A DNA stretch of 64,000 bases from a virus: positions 84,576-148,575 of IMG/VR virus record IMGVR_UViG_3300021963_000035; one strand, given 5' to 3'. The notes below the pieces were generated by a model, which worked only from the letters and a program-made list of their open reading frames with translations, made no database searches and was not told the origin of the DNA. How positions within the stretch are numbered: position 1 is the first letter of the stretch; the number at the start of each line of letters is the position of its first letter. Below, one piece after another: positions 30,885-41,049 of the stretch. The translations under genes were made by a program, and so were the position numbers.

Positions 30885-32404
30885 TTTTTTACCCTTAATA
30901 AATCTTCTATTGTGTATAATTTTTTCATAAACTTTGAAGGATCAGATAATACGCTAACCTCTAAATCTCCTTCTCTCCTTGGACCAACTTCGACATCGAA
31001 ATCTGCATCATTTACTTCTTTAAATATATCAACCATTTGTCGCACACTGGTACCAACTCCGTGGCCTAAGTTTTCAATTCTATTTGTAGACTTGTCAACT
31101 CCCCTAATGACTGCGTGACATATTTCATTTACGTGCGTGTAATCTCTGATGCAAGTACCATCTTCAGTATTATAATCATCACCAAATATTGTAAATTTCC
31201 CAGAGTCAATCGCAGCTATTAGGCTAGCAAACAGTCCGTCTGGATTTGTTGGATTTATTCCGTCGGCTCCAGTAACATTGTAAAATCTAAAAATAGTAAA
31301 AGGAATTTTATGATTCTTACAATACTCAAAAACAATGTCCTCCATTGCACGTTTACTAATACCGTATGGACTACCTAGTCCTGCTGCTGCTCCGGTAGAA
31401 GCAATCACTAATCTTTTTGTTTTTATTTTATTAAGAACATTTAATGTTCCGATAGTATTAGTTTGATAGTATAGTGTTGGAGTTATAACACTTCGTCCTA
31501 CAGCAACTTCTGCTGCAAGATGAATTACACAATCAAAAGTTTCTGTAATATTCCAGTCAGTATCTTCTGTAATGTTTTGTTTATAAAATTTATCCACAGG
31601 CAACAAAGGATCTTGTTTATCTAATCCGTATACAATCCAATCCCGATCTCTTTCAATCATTTGACAAAGATGACTACCGATGTATCCAGAATTACCTGTG
31701 ATCAAAACCTTTTTTGCTCGGTCATTTCCCCAGAAGTTATTCTTACCTCGTACTAGAGATTTTTTTCCGTCTTCGCCAATTAAAGCACGACCCATTATAT
31801 GACTATGTACTTGTATTTTTACAATTAGTGCTGTTATAGCATTGTCGGATGGTAGCCAAGTTTCTTTGTACATGTCAACTAACTTCTTTGCTGCCGCAGG
31901 AGTGATTGCATATCCTGGAGTACCTGGCATAGATCCTTGCCAATATTCTTCTGCACGTGGTTCACCGGTTGGATTGTCAAGATAATGCCAATATTTTGCT
32001 GCTTTAGTTTGATTTCCAAAAACAGTTATTAACACTTCTTCAAATTCTACGTCCTCATATGGCCTAGTAAAAATTACATCGTCCTCTAATATCATTATAG
32101 GTTCGTTTAGTTCTATGCATTTTTCCCAAAGTCTATAATGACTGTCAAAGCAGCCCATTTCACCAGGATTTTGTTGGTCATCTCTAAACTCTTCAGTAAA
32201 AGGATTCAGGGGCCCGTTTTTAAAATTCCAAGGATGATACCTGCGACCAGTTTCCTGATATCTTTTCTTTGTTTCGTCTCCATACGATCCCTCAAATAGT
32301 TCTGCATCCATTCCATATTCGTCAAGGGCTTCTTTGACTTTGAGTGCAGTGTCTAAAGAAGGTTTTATCTTAGACAAACAAATTATAAACGCTTTCATTT
32401 CCAA
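30881..32404 (-). CDS. GT25 glycosyltransferase fused to NAD-dependent epimerase (GalE-like)
   Basis: GEMGCFDSH..LW and ILEDD (GT25); ITGNSGYIGSH, YGISK, RDYTHV (SDR epimerase). Confidence 0.82.
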   Translation of the reverse strand: MEMKAFIICLSKIKPSLDTALKVKEALDEYGMDAELFEGSYGDETKKRYQETGRRYHPWNFKNGPLNPFTEEFRDDQQNPGEMGCFDSHYRLWEKCIELNEPIMILEDDVIFTRPYEDVEFEEVLITVFGNQTKAAKYWHYLDNPTGEPRAEEYWQGSMPGTPGYAITPAAAKKLVDMYKETWLPSDNAITALIVKIQVHSHIMGRALIGEDGKKSLVRGKNNFWGNDRAKKVLITGNSGYIGSHLCQMIERDRDWIVYGLDKQDPLLPVDKFYKQNITEDTDWNITETFDCVIHLAAEVAVGRSVITPTLYYQTNTIGTLNVLNKIKTKRLVIASTGAAAGLGSPYGISKRAMEDIVFEYCKNHKIPFTIFRFYNVTGADGINPTNPDGLFASLIAAIDSGKFTIFGDDYNTEDGTCIRDYTHVNEICHAVIRGVDKSTNRIENLGHGVGTSVRQMVDIFKEVNDADFDVEVGPRREGDLEVSVLSDPSKFMKKLYTIEDLLRVKK

Positions 32405-33204
32405 TAATCCTCTGTTCTGTTGATTTTTAAATCTGATCTTTTACTCTTACCTAACATTTTTCTATCGCCTTTGAGGTGATCAAGGTAAGCACCCCAGGCA
32501 CTGTTAATCAATGGATGACCTTCACCTGTTATTATTCCTTCACTCCAGTTAAGTTGTTCTAGAAACGGAAATTTTACTCGAACAGAATCAAAAACAAAAC
32601 TGTCGTGCCACTCATCTAGTAAAAATATTCCTGCTTCTGCACGGTCATACATTCTCTGGAACTCATTGAGGAAATTTCTAGTCATTTCTGATCTTAAATT
32701 TAAGGAGTATAGACCGCATTCACTATATTTGCCCTGACGTCCTAAATAACATAGGTCATAATTGTTAGGTATTAGATTTTCTATCTGTTCTAAGGTAATA
32801 GGGCTGTGACATACAGTGTCAGCATCCATCCATATTAAAATATCTGCGTCAGTTGTTTTTGCACAATGGAAAATTGCATAAACTTTATGTGCAAATCTTA
32901 CAGCATCCCACTTGAAAGGCTTATGACTGTCCTTCCTAGCGGCCAATCGGGGAAAACTTGATATATCTCCGTTGGCGTGTGGAATATTTTTCCATTTATC
33001 TTTAAATGCTATTAGATCTGGCACACTGGTTCTCATGTCAGTTAGCGTGATCTGCGTATGATCTGGTACTGCTGGATTTGTATCTTCGGGGTATAGATGT
33101 AATGTTACTTCCTTGGGCCAATTTTTACAAAAACTGTCAATCATACGCTGGCCATATGCTTTTAATCCCTTATCGTTAAACGTTGTTACCACAGCGTATT
33201 TCAT
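32395..33204 (-). CDS. GT-A glycosyltransferase
   Basis: RFAHKV.A, WMDAD DxD, EWHDS, DHLKG. Confidence 0.75.
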   Translation of the reverse strand: MKYAVVTTFNDKGLKAYGQRMIDSFCKNWPKEVTLHLYPEDTNPAVPDHTQITLTDMRTSVPDLIAFKDKWKNIPHANGDISSFPRLAARKDSHKPFKWDAVRFAHKVYAIFHCAKTTDADILIWMDADTVCHSPITLEQIENLIPNNYDLCYLGRQGKYSECGLYSLNLRSEMTRNFLNEFQRMYDRAEAGIFLLDEWHDSFVFDSVRVKFPFLEQLNWSEGIITGEGHPLINSAWGAYLDHLKGDRKMLGKSKRSDLKINRTEDYWK

Positions 33205-33599
33205 CGTTTGATCCTATATATGTAAAGAGTGTCTCTAGTTTCAGCTAACTCGTAATGATTTTTTTCTAATGCTCGATTTATCTTCTTAGAAGGTATGTCT
33301 TGCGAAACAACTATTATCGGAGTCGAGTTTTTATGGGCCATAGGTATAAAATTTCCAATTTCACAATGATACTTTTCTTCAACTACGATAAGATTTATAA
33401 AAGGTAGCAATTTTGTGTCGTCAAATCTTAATTTAGGAATAAGATTTTTTCTTTTAACTGAACATCCGTCCGGGTCATAAACAAAAACATTTTGAAAATC
33501 GGATAAAAGATCTTCTAATGCAAAAAATTCGCTACCTAGCACCACAGCATTGTCTACTCTAGTGAGATATGAAGATAACCGTTTAACAAATTTACTCAT
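33201..33599 (-). CDS. Hypothetical protein (possibly degenerate methyltransferase fold)
   Basis: Coupled first ORF of the minus-strand glyco operon. Confidence 0.5.
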   Translation of the reverse strand: MSKFVKRLSSYLTRVDNAVVLGSEFFALEDLLSDFQNVFVYDPDGCSVKRKNLIPKLRFDDTKLLPFINLIVVEEKYHCEIGNFIPMAHKNSTPIIVVSQDIPSKKINRALEKNHYELAETRDTLYIYRIKR

Positions 33600-33640
33600 C
33601 TTTTAAGAATTAAATACTGTGTTATTTATTTGAAGGTAAA

Positions 33641-34474
33641 ATGAAGGTCAAGCTATATAGACAGCACGGTGCCCTTGGTAGCAAAGAAGTTTACGATGCT
33701 GTTGAACAAGGGCTTAGATATCTTGGACACGAAATCGTCGAAGAAAATGAAGATTTGCCAGTGATCTGGAGTGTGTTGTGGCACGGAAGAATGCAACCAA
33801 ATCAACACATACATTACATTTCGAGAAAAAATAATAAACCGGTAATGATAATTGAAGTGGGCAGTCTTAAAAGAGGTACCACGTGGCGCATTAGTCTTAA
33901 CAACATTACTAGAGATGGAATTTTCCCTCAAATTTTGGACTTTGATAAAAACAGAGACAAAAAACTAGGAGTGTTCCTCAAAGATTTTAGAGAAAAAAGA
34001 AAAGACACAATTTTGTTGTTAGGTCAACACGACAAGAGTCTTCAATGGAATGGACTGCCTCCGATAAAAAATTGGATCGAAGAAAAAATCCAAGAAATTA
34101 GGAAATTTTCTGACCGTAAAATTGTTGTAAGGCCTCATCCTAGATGTTTCATACCTCAGTTGAATATCAAAAATGTAGAAATTGAAAATGTTCGACCTTT
34201 ACCTAATACCTATTCTGAATTTGATATAACATTTGATCATCATTGTGTAATAAACTATAACAGTAACACCACAGTACAGGCAGCAATAGCAGGAGCACCT
34301 ATTATTTGTGATCAAACTGGAATGGCATTCCCCGTTAGCAACAGATTAGACACCATTGAAGATATCAAAAATATAGATAGGGCCGAATGGTTTGAAAAAA
34401 TTGTCCATACCGAATGGACATTAGACGAATTAACCCAAGGCGATCCTATAAAAAACTTGATTTCTCTTGCTTAA
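33641..34474 (+). CDS. KpsS/KpsC-like GT-B sugar transferase, paralogue 4
   Basis: LLLGQ..D.S, DRKIVVRPHPR, NS...QAAIAG.P. Confidence 0.65.
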   Translation: MKVKLYRQHGALGSKEVYDAVEQGLRYLGHEIVEENEDLPVIWSVLWHGRMQPNQHIHYISRKNNKPVMIIEVGSLKRGTTWRISLNNITRDGIFPQILDFDKNRDKKLGVFLKDFREKRKDTILLLGQHDKSLQWNGLPPIKNWIEEKIQEIRKFSDRKIVVRPHPRCFIPQLNIKNVEIENVRPLPNTYSEFDITFDHHCVINYNSNTTVQAAIAGAPIICDQTGMAFPVSNRLDTIEDIKNIDRAEWFEKIVHTEWTLDELTQGDPIKNLISLA

Positions 34475-34491
34475 TATGTTAGAATATATCA

Positions 34492-35688
34492 ATGAGAAAT
34501 TCTGCCTACATCGAAGATATCTTTTTAGACTTTGCTCTGCTAACAATGACTGGGGCTGTAAACATACAGCCTCAAGATTCGTCACCTGTTAGTAGTTTTG
34601 AAAATGCTATAGTCCAATCTAAGAAATTAACGCAAGCACAGGCCAATTACATTTTAAAATTATTGACAAAATATAAATTTTCTGCGTTTCGTGCAGGATT
34701 AGATTATGACCAACATCTAAAAAATCCACAATGGAAAACCCCGTTTAGAGTATTGGACACTGCCAAGCGAATTTCTGTGGTAGAAACAGTCGATGGTGTT
34801 CAAATTTTAATAAAATTTCCATACAATCTTAAAGAGACATTTGACAAGGCATTCCCAGACCTTTCATCATCTTGGGACTCAGATGCCGGTGTTAGAAAGA
34901 TAGATGTCAATGATTGCAATGTTGTAGCACTAGCTGAATTTTGCCTCGAAAATGGCATAGAAGTTGACCAAACTTTTTCAGATTTACTATTACAGATTGA
35001 AGAAATTTGGAATCAAGAAAAAAATATTATTCCGCAATCTAAAATTTTAAATGATCAGGTTGTACTGATTAATGCTGATGAATATTGTCAAACATACTTT
35101 GATGAGCGTAAAAAAGATAAGGTAAATTTTGACCTATTTTTGGCAAAATCTATGGGATTTTTACTCAGTGATATATCGGCACCGTCAAACACATTTGAGA
35201 AGATAGCGACCAGTCCGACAAATATTTTCTGGGTAAAAGAAAATAAAACATTTTTTGATATCTACAAAAATTTAGAAGATAGTAAGATTGTATTTTTATT
35301 AGATCGTAACTGTGACTACTGCGAAGAGGCAAAAAAATTCGTAATTTCTGCGATGGAAAACGGCGTAGACAAATCAGATATTCGTGTTTGTTTTAGGCTC
35401 GATACTGAAGAAGAAAGAAAAAGGAATTTTAATAGTTGGGTCAAAGAGCAAGGTGTTAGTGGCGGTGTTGATGATGGTAAAATTTTCATATTTTTACATA
35501 AACCAGCTAAATGGTTGTTTTCTAAAAAGGTAGATGTTAAAATAATAGCTACAAATTCACTGTGGCCTAATACTACATTAGGCATTGTGAACTGGATCGA
35601 AAGTCATCCTTGTGCTGTTTACTTAGGGGATCATCGACCTTCACTAAAAACTAAAACAAAAAAGGAAAAAGGCGTTGTCGACTTGTAA
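34492..35688 (+). CDS. Hypothetical protein upstream of uvsW
   Basis: 398-aa ORF; TTGATT-N17-TAGAAT-N6-ATG. Confidence 0.65.
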   Translation: MRNSAYIEDIFLDFALLTMTGAVNIQPQDSSPVSSFENAIVQSKKLTQAQANYILKLLTKYKFSAFRAGLDYDQHLKNPQWKTPFRVLDTAKRISVVETVDGVQILIKFPYNLKETFDKAFPDLSSSWDSDAGVRKIDVNDCNVVALAEFCLENGIEVDQTFSDLLLQIEEIWNQEKNIIPQSKILNDQVVLINADEYCQTYFDERKKDKVNFDLFLAKSMGFLLSDISAPSNTFEKIATSPTNIFWVKENKTFFDIYKNLEDSKIVFLLDRNCDYCEEAKKFVISAMENGVDKSDIRVCFRLDTEEERKRNFNSWVKEQGVSGGVDDGKIFIFLHKPAKWLFSKKVDVKIIATNSLWPNTTLGIVNWIESHPCAVYLGDHRPSLKTKTKKEKGVVDL

Positions 35689-37132
35689 ATTAATCATTAA
35701 AGATGAAGTAAACATCAAAGCTGAAGGACTTGATTTAGAAACTAGGAGAAAACTGGTCAATAAATTTAAGTATACAGTCCCTTGGGCTAGACATCAGCCT
35801 TCATACAAACTAGGAAGATGGGATGGCACAGTAAGTTACTTTGGTCTAGGCGGAAACGGTTACTGTTCTCAACTGAATGAGATCGTCGAAATCATAACAT
35901 CCAGTGGTTATGAAATAGATGTTGAAGATCTCCGAACACCATTTGATCTTTCGTTTAACGAGATACTGCCTACCTATTGGGCCGACCGTGGCAAGGTATG
36001 GCCAGAAGGTCATAGATTTGCCGGTCAGCCTATTGTGTTACGTGATGACCAAACTGAAGTTGTTAATACTTTCTTAAAAAATCCACAATCATTGCAAGAA
36101 GTCGCTACTGGTGCAGGCAAAACTATTATGACTGCAACATTGGCACATATCTGTGAAAAGTTCGGACGTACAATCATTATTGTCCCCAATAAGGACTTAG
36201 TAACACAGACAGAAGAAGATTTTGTTAACGTAGACTTAGATGTAGGTGTTTATTACGGTGATAGAAAAATGCTGAATAAAACACACACAATCTGTACCTG
36301 GCAAAGTCTAAACATATTAGATAAGAAATCATTCGACGATGATGATGCGTTAACACTGGCAGAGTTTTTAGATGGGGTACAGACTGTAATAGTAGACGAA
36401 GTACACATGGCCAAGGCAGATGTGCTGAAAAGATTATTAACACAGAACATTTGTAATGCACCTATAAGATGGGGCCTCACTGGTACTATTCCTAAAGAAG
36501 ATTGGGAGTTTCAATCTATTCGTGCTTCACTGGGAGAAGTTGTTGGTCAAGTCACTGCTCATCAATTACAACAGCAAGGAATACTGGCACAATGCCATGT
36601 TAATATACTACAAACTGTAGAGATAAAAGTTTTTAGAACATATCACGAAGAATTGAAATATTTGGTCACTGATGAAGATCGAGTCAAATGGATCTCCAGT
36701 CTAATTAAGACTGTCGCAGAGAGTGGAAACACTCTTGTGCTGATAGATCGATTAGAAACAGGAAATATGTTAATGGACATGATCGATGAAGCAGTGTTTA
36801 TCAGCGGTGCTGTAAAATCAACAAAACGAAAGGAAAAATATCGTGAAGTTGCGACGAGTGATGACAAGATTATTGTGGCGACTTATGGTGTGGCCGCTGT
36901 GGGTATTAATATCCCTAGGATTTTTAATCTGGTTCTTGTGGAGCCCGGAAAAAGCTTTACTAGGGTTATACAATCAATTGGGCGAGGTATTAGAAAAGCG
37001 GACGACAAAGACTTCGTCCAGATCTGGGACCTAACAGGAGGTACAAAATATGCTAAGAAACACCTCACTGAAAGAAAAAAATTCTACAAGGATGCCCAAT
37101 ATCCTTTTAGTATAACAAAGGTAACTATATGA
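35675..37132 (+). CDS. uvsW: SF2 DNA helicase UvsW
   Basis: ATGAGKT, DEVH, GLTGT, QSIGRGIR motifs; TTG start. Confidence 0.9.
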   Translation: MSTCKLIIKDEVNIKAEGLDLETRRKLVNKFKYTVPWARHQPSYKLGRWDGTVSYFGLGGNGYCSQLNEIVEIITSSGYEIDVEDLRTPFDLSFNEILPTYWADRGKVWPEGHRFAGQPIVLRDDQTEVVNTFLKNPQSLQEVATGAGKTIMTATLAHICEKFGRTIIIVPNKDLVTQTEEDFVNVDLDVGVYYGDRKMLNKTHTICTWQSLNILDKKSFDDDDALTLAEFLDGVQTVIVDEVHMAKADVLKRLLTQNICNAPIRWGLTGTIPKEDWEFQSIRASLGEVVGQVTAHQLQQQGILAQCHVNILQTVEIKVFRTYHEELKYLVTDEDRVKWISSLIKTVAESGNTLVLIDRLETGNMLMDMIDEAVFISGAVKSTKRKEKYREVATSDDKIIVATYGVAAVGINIPRIFNLVLVEPGKSFTRVIQSIGRGIRKADDKDFVQIWDLTGGTKYAKKHLTERKKFYKDAQYPFSITKVTI

Positions 37133-37635
37133 GAATATTAACATTAAACAATACGGCATTCGATCTAAACGAATTGCCAGAAGAAGTGGAGGATGATACT
37201 AGATTCAGTGTATTAGATAATAGCAATCCGCAAGATCCTGATTTCTTTTTTATGCCATTGATCTTTTTAGAATCATTCAACAGTCCTGCAATTCTATTAA
37301 GGATAGGTGAAGACGAAGTACAAATGCCACTGGATTGGTGTATGGTAGTTGGAGACAAAGACTGCGGTATGGATCCAGAAGTATTGCCATTGACTAGTAT
37401 AAATGAACGTGGTTTTGATGCTATGTTGTTTAATCCTATTAAAGGGTTCAAGATAGACTACAAGCCAATTGAGATCATTAATATCTTTGCTGATGTTAGA
37501 TGGTATTTTCCTAAAATGAAAAACGGACAATTGTTAACTGTACCTATACGTGACGGTCATAATCCGCCGTGTGCATATTTTGTTAAAGAAGTCAGCAGGC
37601 AAAGTGAGATCCTGCAATTACATAAAATTCTGTAA
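37129..37635 (+). CDS. Hypothetical beta-rich protein
   Basis: Coupled to uvsW (ATGA overlap). Confidence 0.65.
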   Translation: MRILTLNNTAFDLNELPEEVEDDTRFSVLDNSNPQDPDFFFMPLIFLESFNSPAILLRIGEDEVQMPLDWCMVVGDKDCGMDPEVLPLTSINERGFDAMLFNPIKGFKIDYKPIEIINIFADVRWYFPKMKNGQLLTVPIRDGHNPPCAYFVKEVSRQSEILQLHKIL

Positions 37636-37638
37636 CAC

Positions 37639-37926
37639 ATGGGACAACTTAAACCAGGAGTCAAATATGTTTACGAAAGGCAAGACGGAACCGTCTATGC
37701 TAGAGAGTTTGGTGCTGACCCAAGCACAAGAGTAGCTGTTGGCTGGGATTGGGAACCAGAGAGTAATCCATCTAGAGTTCGAAGCGCCTCGAGAGAAAGT
37801 ATGTTAGAAAATCAACTTTGGTATGAAATTAGACAAGAAGCCAAAACTAACAAACCTTTGCAGGATGCCTTAGATCATGCTAAACTAATATATCACTTGA
37901 GTAAAAAAGAATGTCAGAAAATTTAA
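37639..37926 (+). CDS. Hypothetical protein
   Basis: 95-aa ORF in the replication operon. Confidence 0.6.
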   Translation: MGQLKPGVKYVYERQDGTVYAREFGADPSTRVAVGWDWEPESNPSRVRSASRESMLENQLWYEIRQEAKTNKPLQDALDHAKLIYHLSKKECQKI

Positions 37927-38387
37927 AATTAACAGAGATACTGGCAGCAGTTGATACTGACCAAAAAGAAATATGGGGCTTACTTGATGCACAACAACAA
38001 AAGGCATTAAAGAAAGACCTATGGAATTTAAATAGATATATCAGTAGCGCAAAAAGTCCTAAGAGAGAAGTACAAGAACACTTTGTTTTATTAGTAAATG
38101 AGTTTTACAACCGCCATTGGAATGACATCAAAGACCATCCAGGCTTACAATGGAAGTTGTTGTGTATGTGCAGTTACGAAACTAAAAAAGTTATGTTTCA
38201 CGAATGGATCAAACTAGTTCGTAAGGCAGAAGGTAGTTCGAAAAAAGCCAAGTTCTTAATGCAACTGTATCCCAACATGAAAATCGACGAAGTCGAAATG
38301 TTGGCAAAAATGACTAGCGATAAAGAAATGAAAGAACTGGCTAAAGATCACGGATTAGATGATAAGCAAATTAAAGAATTTCTATAA
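37911..38387 (+). CDS. Possible clamp-loader small subunit (T4 gp62-like)
   Basis: LNRY.S, N....LQW, H.WIK pattern; weak. Confidence 0.45.
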   Translation: MSENLKLTEILAAVDTDQKEIWGLLDAQQQKALKKDLWNLNRYISSAKSPKREVQEHFVLLVNEFYNRHWNDIKDHPGLQWKLLCMCSYETKKVMFHEWIKLVRKAEGSSKKAKFLMQLYPNMKIDEVEMLAKMTSDKEMKELAKDHGLDDKQIKEFL

Positions 38388-39061
38388 TGTACAAATGTGC
38401 ATATTGTAATAAAGACTTTGCCAAAGAAAAGACATTGGCAGTACATATCTGTGAGCAGAAAAGAAGACACTTGAGTAAAACAGAAAAGCATGTACAGGCA
38501 GGCTTACTCACGTATCAAAAATTCTTCCAGTTTGCACAGAAAAGTTCAAAGTCCAAAACATTTGATGATTTTGCAAGTAGTCCTTATTACACAGCTTTTG
38601 TAAAATTTGGTAGTTTTCTTGTAAACACTAATCCAGTATATCCTGAAAGATTTATTGAATTTGTAATCAAGTCGGGTGTTAAACTAGATCATTGGTGTAG
38701 TGATGACTTATATGGGTTATACGTTACTGAATTAGTAAAACAAGAACCAGCCGACGGTGCTGTACAAAGAACCATCAAAACTATGATAGAATGGGCAGAT
38801 GAAAAGAAAGCAGTTTGGGAGCATTATTTTTTGTATGTTAATTTAAATAGATTAACACACGATATAAAAGAAGGACTAGTAAGTCCTTGGCTAATTTTAA
38901 ATTTAGAATCAGGAAAAACAGCATTGCAAAAAATGAACGATGAGCAATTAGAAATCATAGGCACTATAATTGATCCTCCGTTCTGGCAACGAAAATTTAA
39001 AAATTATCCAGCAGATGTAGAGCTAATTAAGGATGTTATCCGAGAGGCAAATATTCAATGA
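38387..39061 (+). CDS. C2HC zinc-finger protein
   Basis: YKCAYCNK.F..EKTL.VH.C. Confidence 0.65.
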   Translation: MYKCAYCNKDFAKEKTLAVHICEQKRRHLSKTEKHVQAGLLTYQKFFQFAQKSSKSKTFDDFASSPYYTAFVKFGSFLVNTNPVYPERFIEFVIKSGVKLDHWCSDDLYGLYVTELVKQEPADGAVQRTIKTMIEWADEKKAVWEHYFLYVNLNRLTHDIKEGLVSPWLILNLESGKTALQKMNDEQLEIIGTIIDPPFWQRKFKNYPADVELIKDVIREANIQ

Positions 39062-39291
39062 GTATTAAAAAACGTAGAGACGAAGAAGAACCAGAATTAG
39101 AAGAACTGGCAGAAAATGAAGATCATATATCTAGAGATGATCTTGACATTGAGGTTGCACTTAGTGAGGAAGAGCCAGTTGTATATGTAAAATTTTCTGG
39201 ATTTGAAGATCATGAAGATGCTGAAGAATACGCAGACTTTCTAGCCAGCACATTGCCTTTATTGTTATTTGAAACTACGAGATTGCAATAA
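39058..39291 (+). CDS. Acidic hypothetical protein
   Basis: Coupled ORF, E/D rich. Confidence 0.6.
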   Translation: MSIKKRRDEEEPELEELAENEDHISRDDLDIEVALSEEEPVVYVKFSGFEDHEDAEEYADFLASTLPLLLFETTRLQ

Positions 39292-39869
39292 TGCCAGACA
39301 TTGATATCGACTTTCCTGATCGACAAGCAGCCTTGAGATTGTTTAAACATTCTCAAGCCAGTCGATTGGAAAACGAAAAATTAGTTCCGCATGCAACCGG
39401 TGTATATTTTCATCAGGTTCCTATAAATGCAAGAACTAATCTATGTGCTGTGCCGTATGATCGGGCAGAGGATCAAGGATTTTTTAAAGTAGATTTTTTG
39501 AATGTTGGAGTTTACAAAGGTGTAAGAGATGAAGCACATCTCATTCAACTAATGGAGACTGAACCGTTATGGGATCTATTGGAACAAGACGATTTCACAA
39601 ATTTACTATTCCACGTAAATGGTCATGGCTCATTGATGAGACAAATGAAACCACAGAGTATAGAACAGTTGGCAATGTGTCTCGCTTTGATCCGCCCAGG
39701 AAAGAGGTACCTAGTAGGGAAGACCTGGAACGAGATTGGGATGGAGATTTGGACGAAACCAGAGAATGGTGAATACTATTTTAAGAAGGCACACGCTGTA
39801 GCTTATGCAACTTCCATAGTGGTGCAGATAAATTTAATTTGTGAACAAATTAGCTACGGATATAGTTAA
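39291..39869 (+). CDS. Miniature DNA polymerase III alpha (DnaE, family C) palm-like protein
   Basis: PDIDIDF, H.TGV, KVDFL, ALIRPG, YF.KAHA.AYA motifs in DnaE order within 192 aa. Confidence 0.8.
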   Translation: MPDIDIDFPDRQAALRLFKHSQASRLENEKLVPHATGVYFHQVPINARTNLCAVPYDRAEDQGFFKVDFLNVGVYKGVRDEAHLIQLMETEPLWDLLEQDDFTNLLFHVNGHGSLMRQMKPQSIEQLAMCLALIRPGKRYLVGKTWNEIGMEIWTKPENGEYYFKKAHAVAYATSIVVQINLICEQISYGYS

Positions 39870-40237
39870 GATGGTCGTCTAACTAATACTATCGATTTTC
39901 TCTTAATACGTTTTGTTATTATCTGATTTAGGCTAACACAAGGCCCTAGCATTAATTTAACATCTTTAGTTGAAAAATTCCTAACTGCGTATCTAAACGG
40001 ATTTATCTCTTTTGCTAGGAAAATATTGATAGGTATTTGTCTGTTAGATTCCCACCACCACGCTTCGCCTAGCTCTAAAAATCTAGTTTTTTCATCATCA
40101 GATTTAAGTGCTTTGTAATCGTACATGCTAGTAACAGCAGCATCCTGATTTATGATAATACCCACGTATTCCTGATCAACGTAGTTTATTACGCTTATAA
40201 ATGGAAAATTTTGTTGTAAGTTTTCTGTTATTCTCAT
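39866..40237 (-). CDS. Hypothetical protein
   Basis: Start MRITENL; WWWESNR..PI motif. Confidence 0.65.
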   Translation of the reverse strand: MRITENLQQNFPFISVINYVDQEYVGIIINQDAAVTSMYDYKALKSDDEKTRFLELGEAWWWESNRQIPINIFLAKEINPFRYAVRNFSTKDVKLMLGPCVSLNQIITKRIKRKSIVLVRRPS

Positions 40238-40263
40238 CTTATAAATATACTTAAAGGACCAAT

Positions 40264-41040
40264 ATGCAATTAAATCCAAGTTATTTATACTCAAACAAAA
40301 TGGACGTCTTTAGCACACTTGGTACCTGGACTACTGAGAGGTATCGAAAAGTGTATCAACGTAACTTTAAAGTGTATCGTGGCGTCGACAACCGCTTAGA
40401 TTTCCAAATACGCAACTCGGATCAAAAACCACAGGATATGACTGGGTATTCTGTGATATTTAATCTTTTTACAAGAGAGAGTCAAGAATTGGTGACTGTT
40501 AGGACTTGTGAAGTACAAAGTTATAGCGGTGGAAAATTCTATGTGATTCTTAGCGAAGCAGACGTTCAAAATTTAGACACAGGGTATTATACTTTTAGTC
40601 TACATGCATTAGACTCAAATGGATTAAAAACAGCATTGTATGGCGACAGCCAATACGGTGCAACAGGAACTATTGATATTGTTGGCAGCACATATGCAGA
40701 ACCAATTGATAGTTTATCTGTATCTACATTTTCTTTATACGAATCTATCGTGCCTCCAGAAACTTACAGAGTAAGCGAAGTGTTAGATGCAAAACCACAA
40801 TTTAATTCTAATGCTGCACTGCATACGTTTGCTATGTACGGTAAGAACTTTGTTGGTGTTGCGACTGTGCAAGGAAGTTTAGATCCTTACAATTCAATCA
40901 CAAATTGGATAGATTTAGCAACTATTAATTTTAATTCAGATCCTATAAAATATCAAAATATCGAAGGTGTATGGAGTTATTTTAGAATCAAGCTAGATGT
41001 AACTTCGGGATCACTTGACAAAGTATTGTATAGATATTAA
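40264..41040 (+). CDS. Putative virion (baseplate/BppU-like) protein
   Basis: TATAAATA late promoter upstream; beta-rich; QGSL...W.D pattern. Confidence 0.45.
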   Translation: MQLNPSYLYSNKMDVFSTLGTWTTERYRKVYQRNFKVYRGVDNRLDFQIRNSDQKPQDMTGYSVIFNLFTRESQELVTVRTCEVQSYSGGKFYVILSEADVQNLDTGYYTFSLHALDSNGLKTALYGDSQYGATGTIDIVGSTYAEPIDSLSVSTFSLYESIVPPETYRVSEVLDAKPQFNSNAALHTFAMYGKNFVGVATVQGSLDPYNSITNWIDLATINFNSDPIKYQNIEGVWSYFRIKLDVTSGSLDKVLYRY

Positions 41041-41049
41041 AATTAGTCT

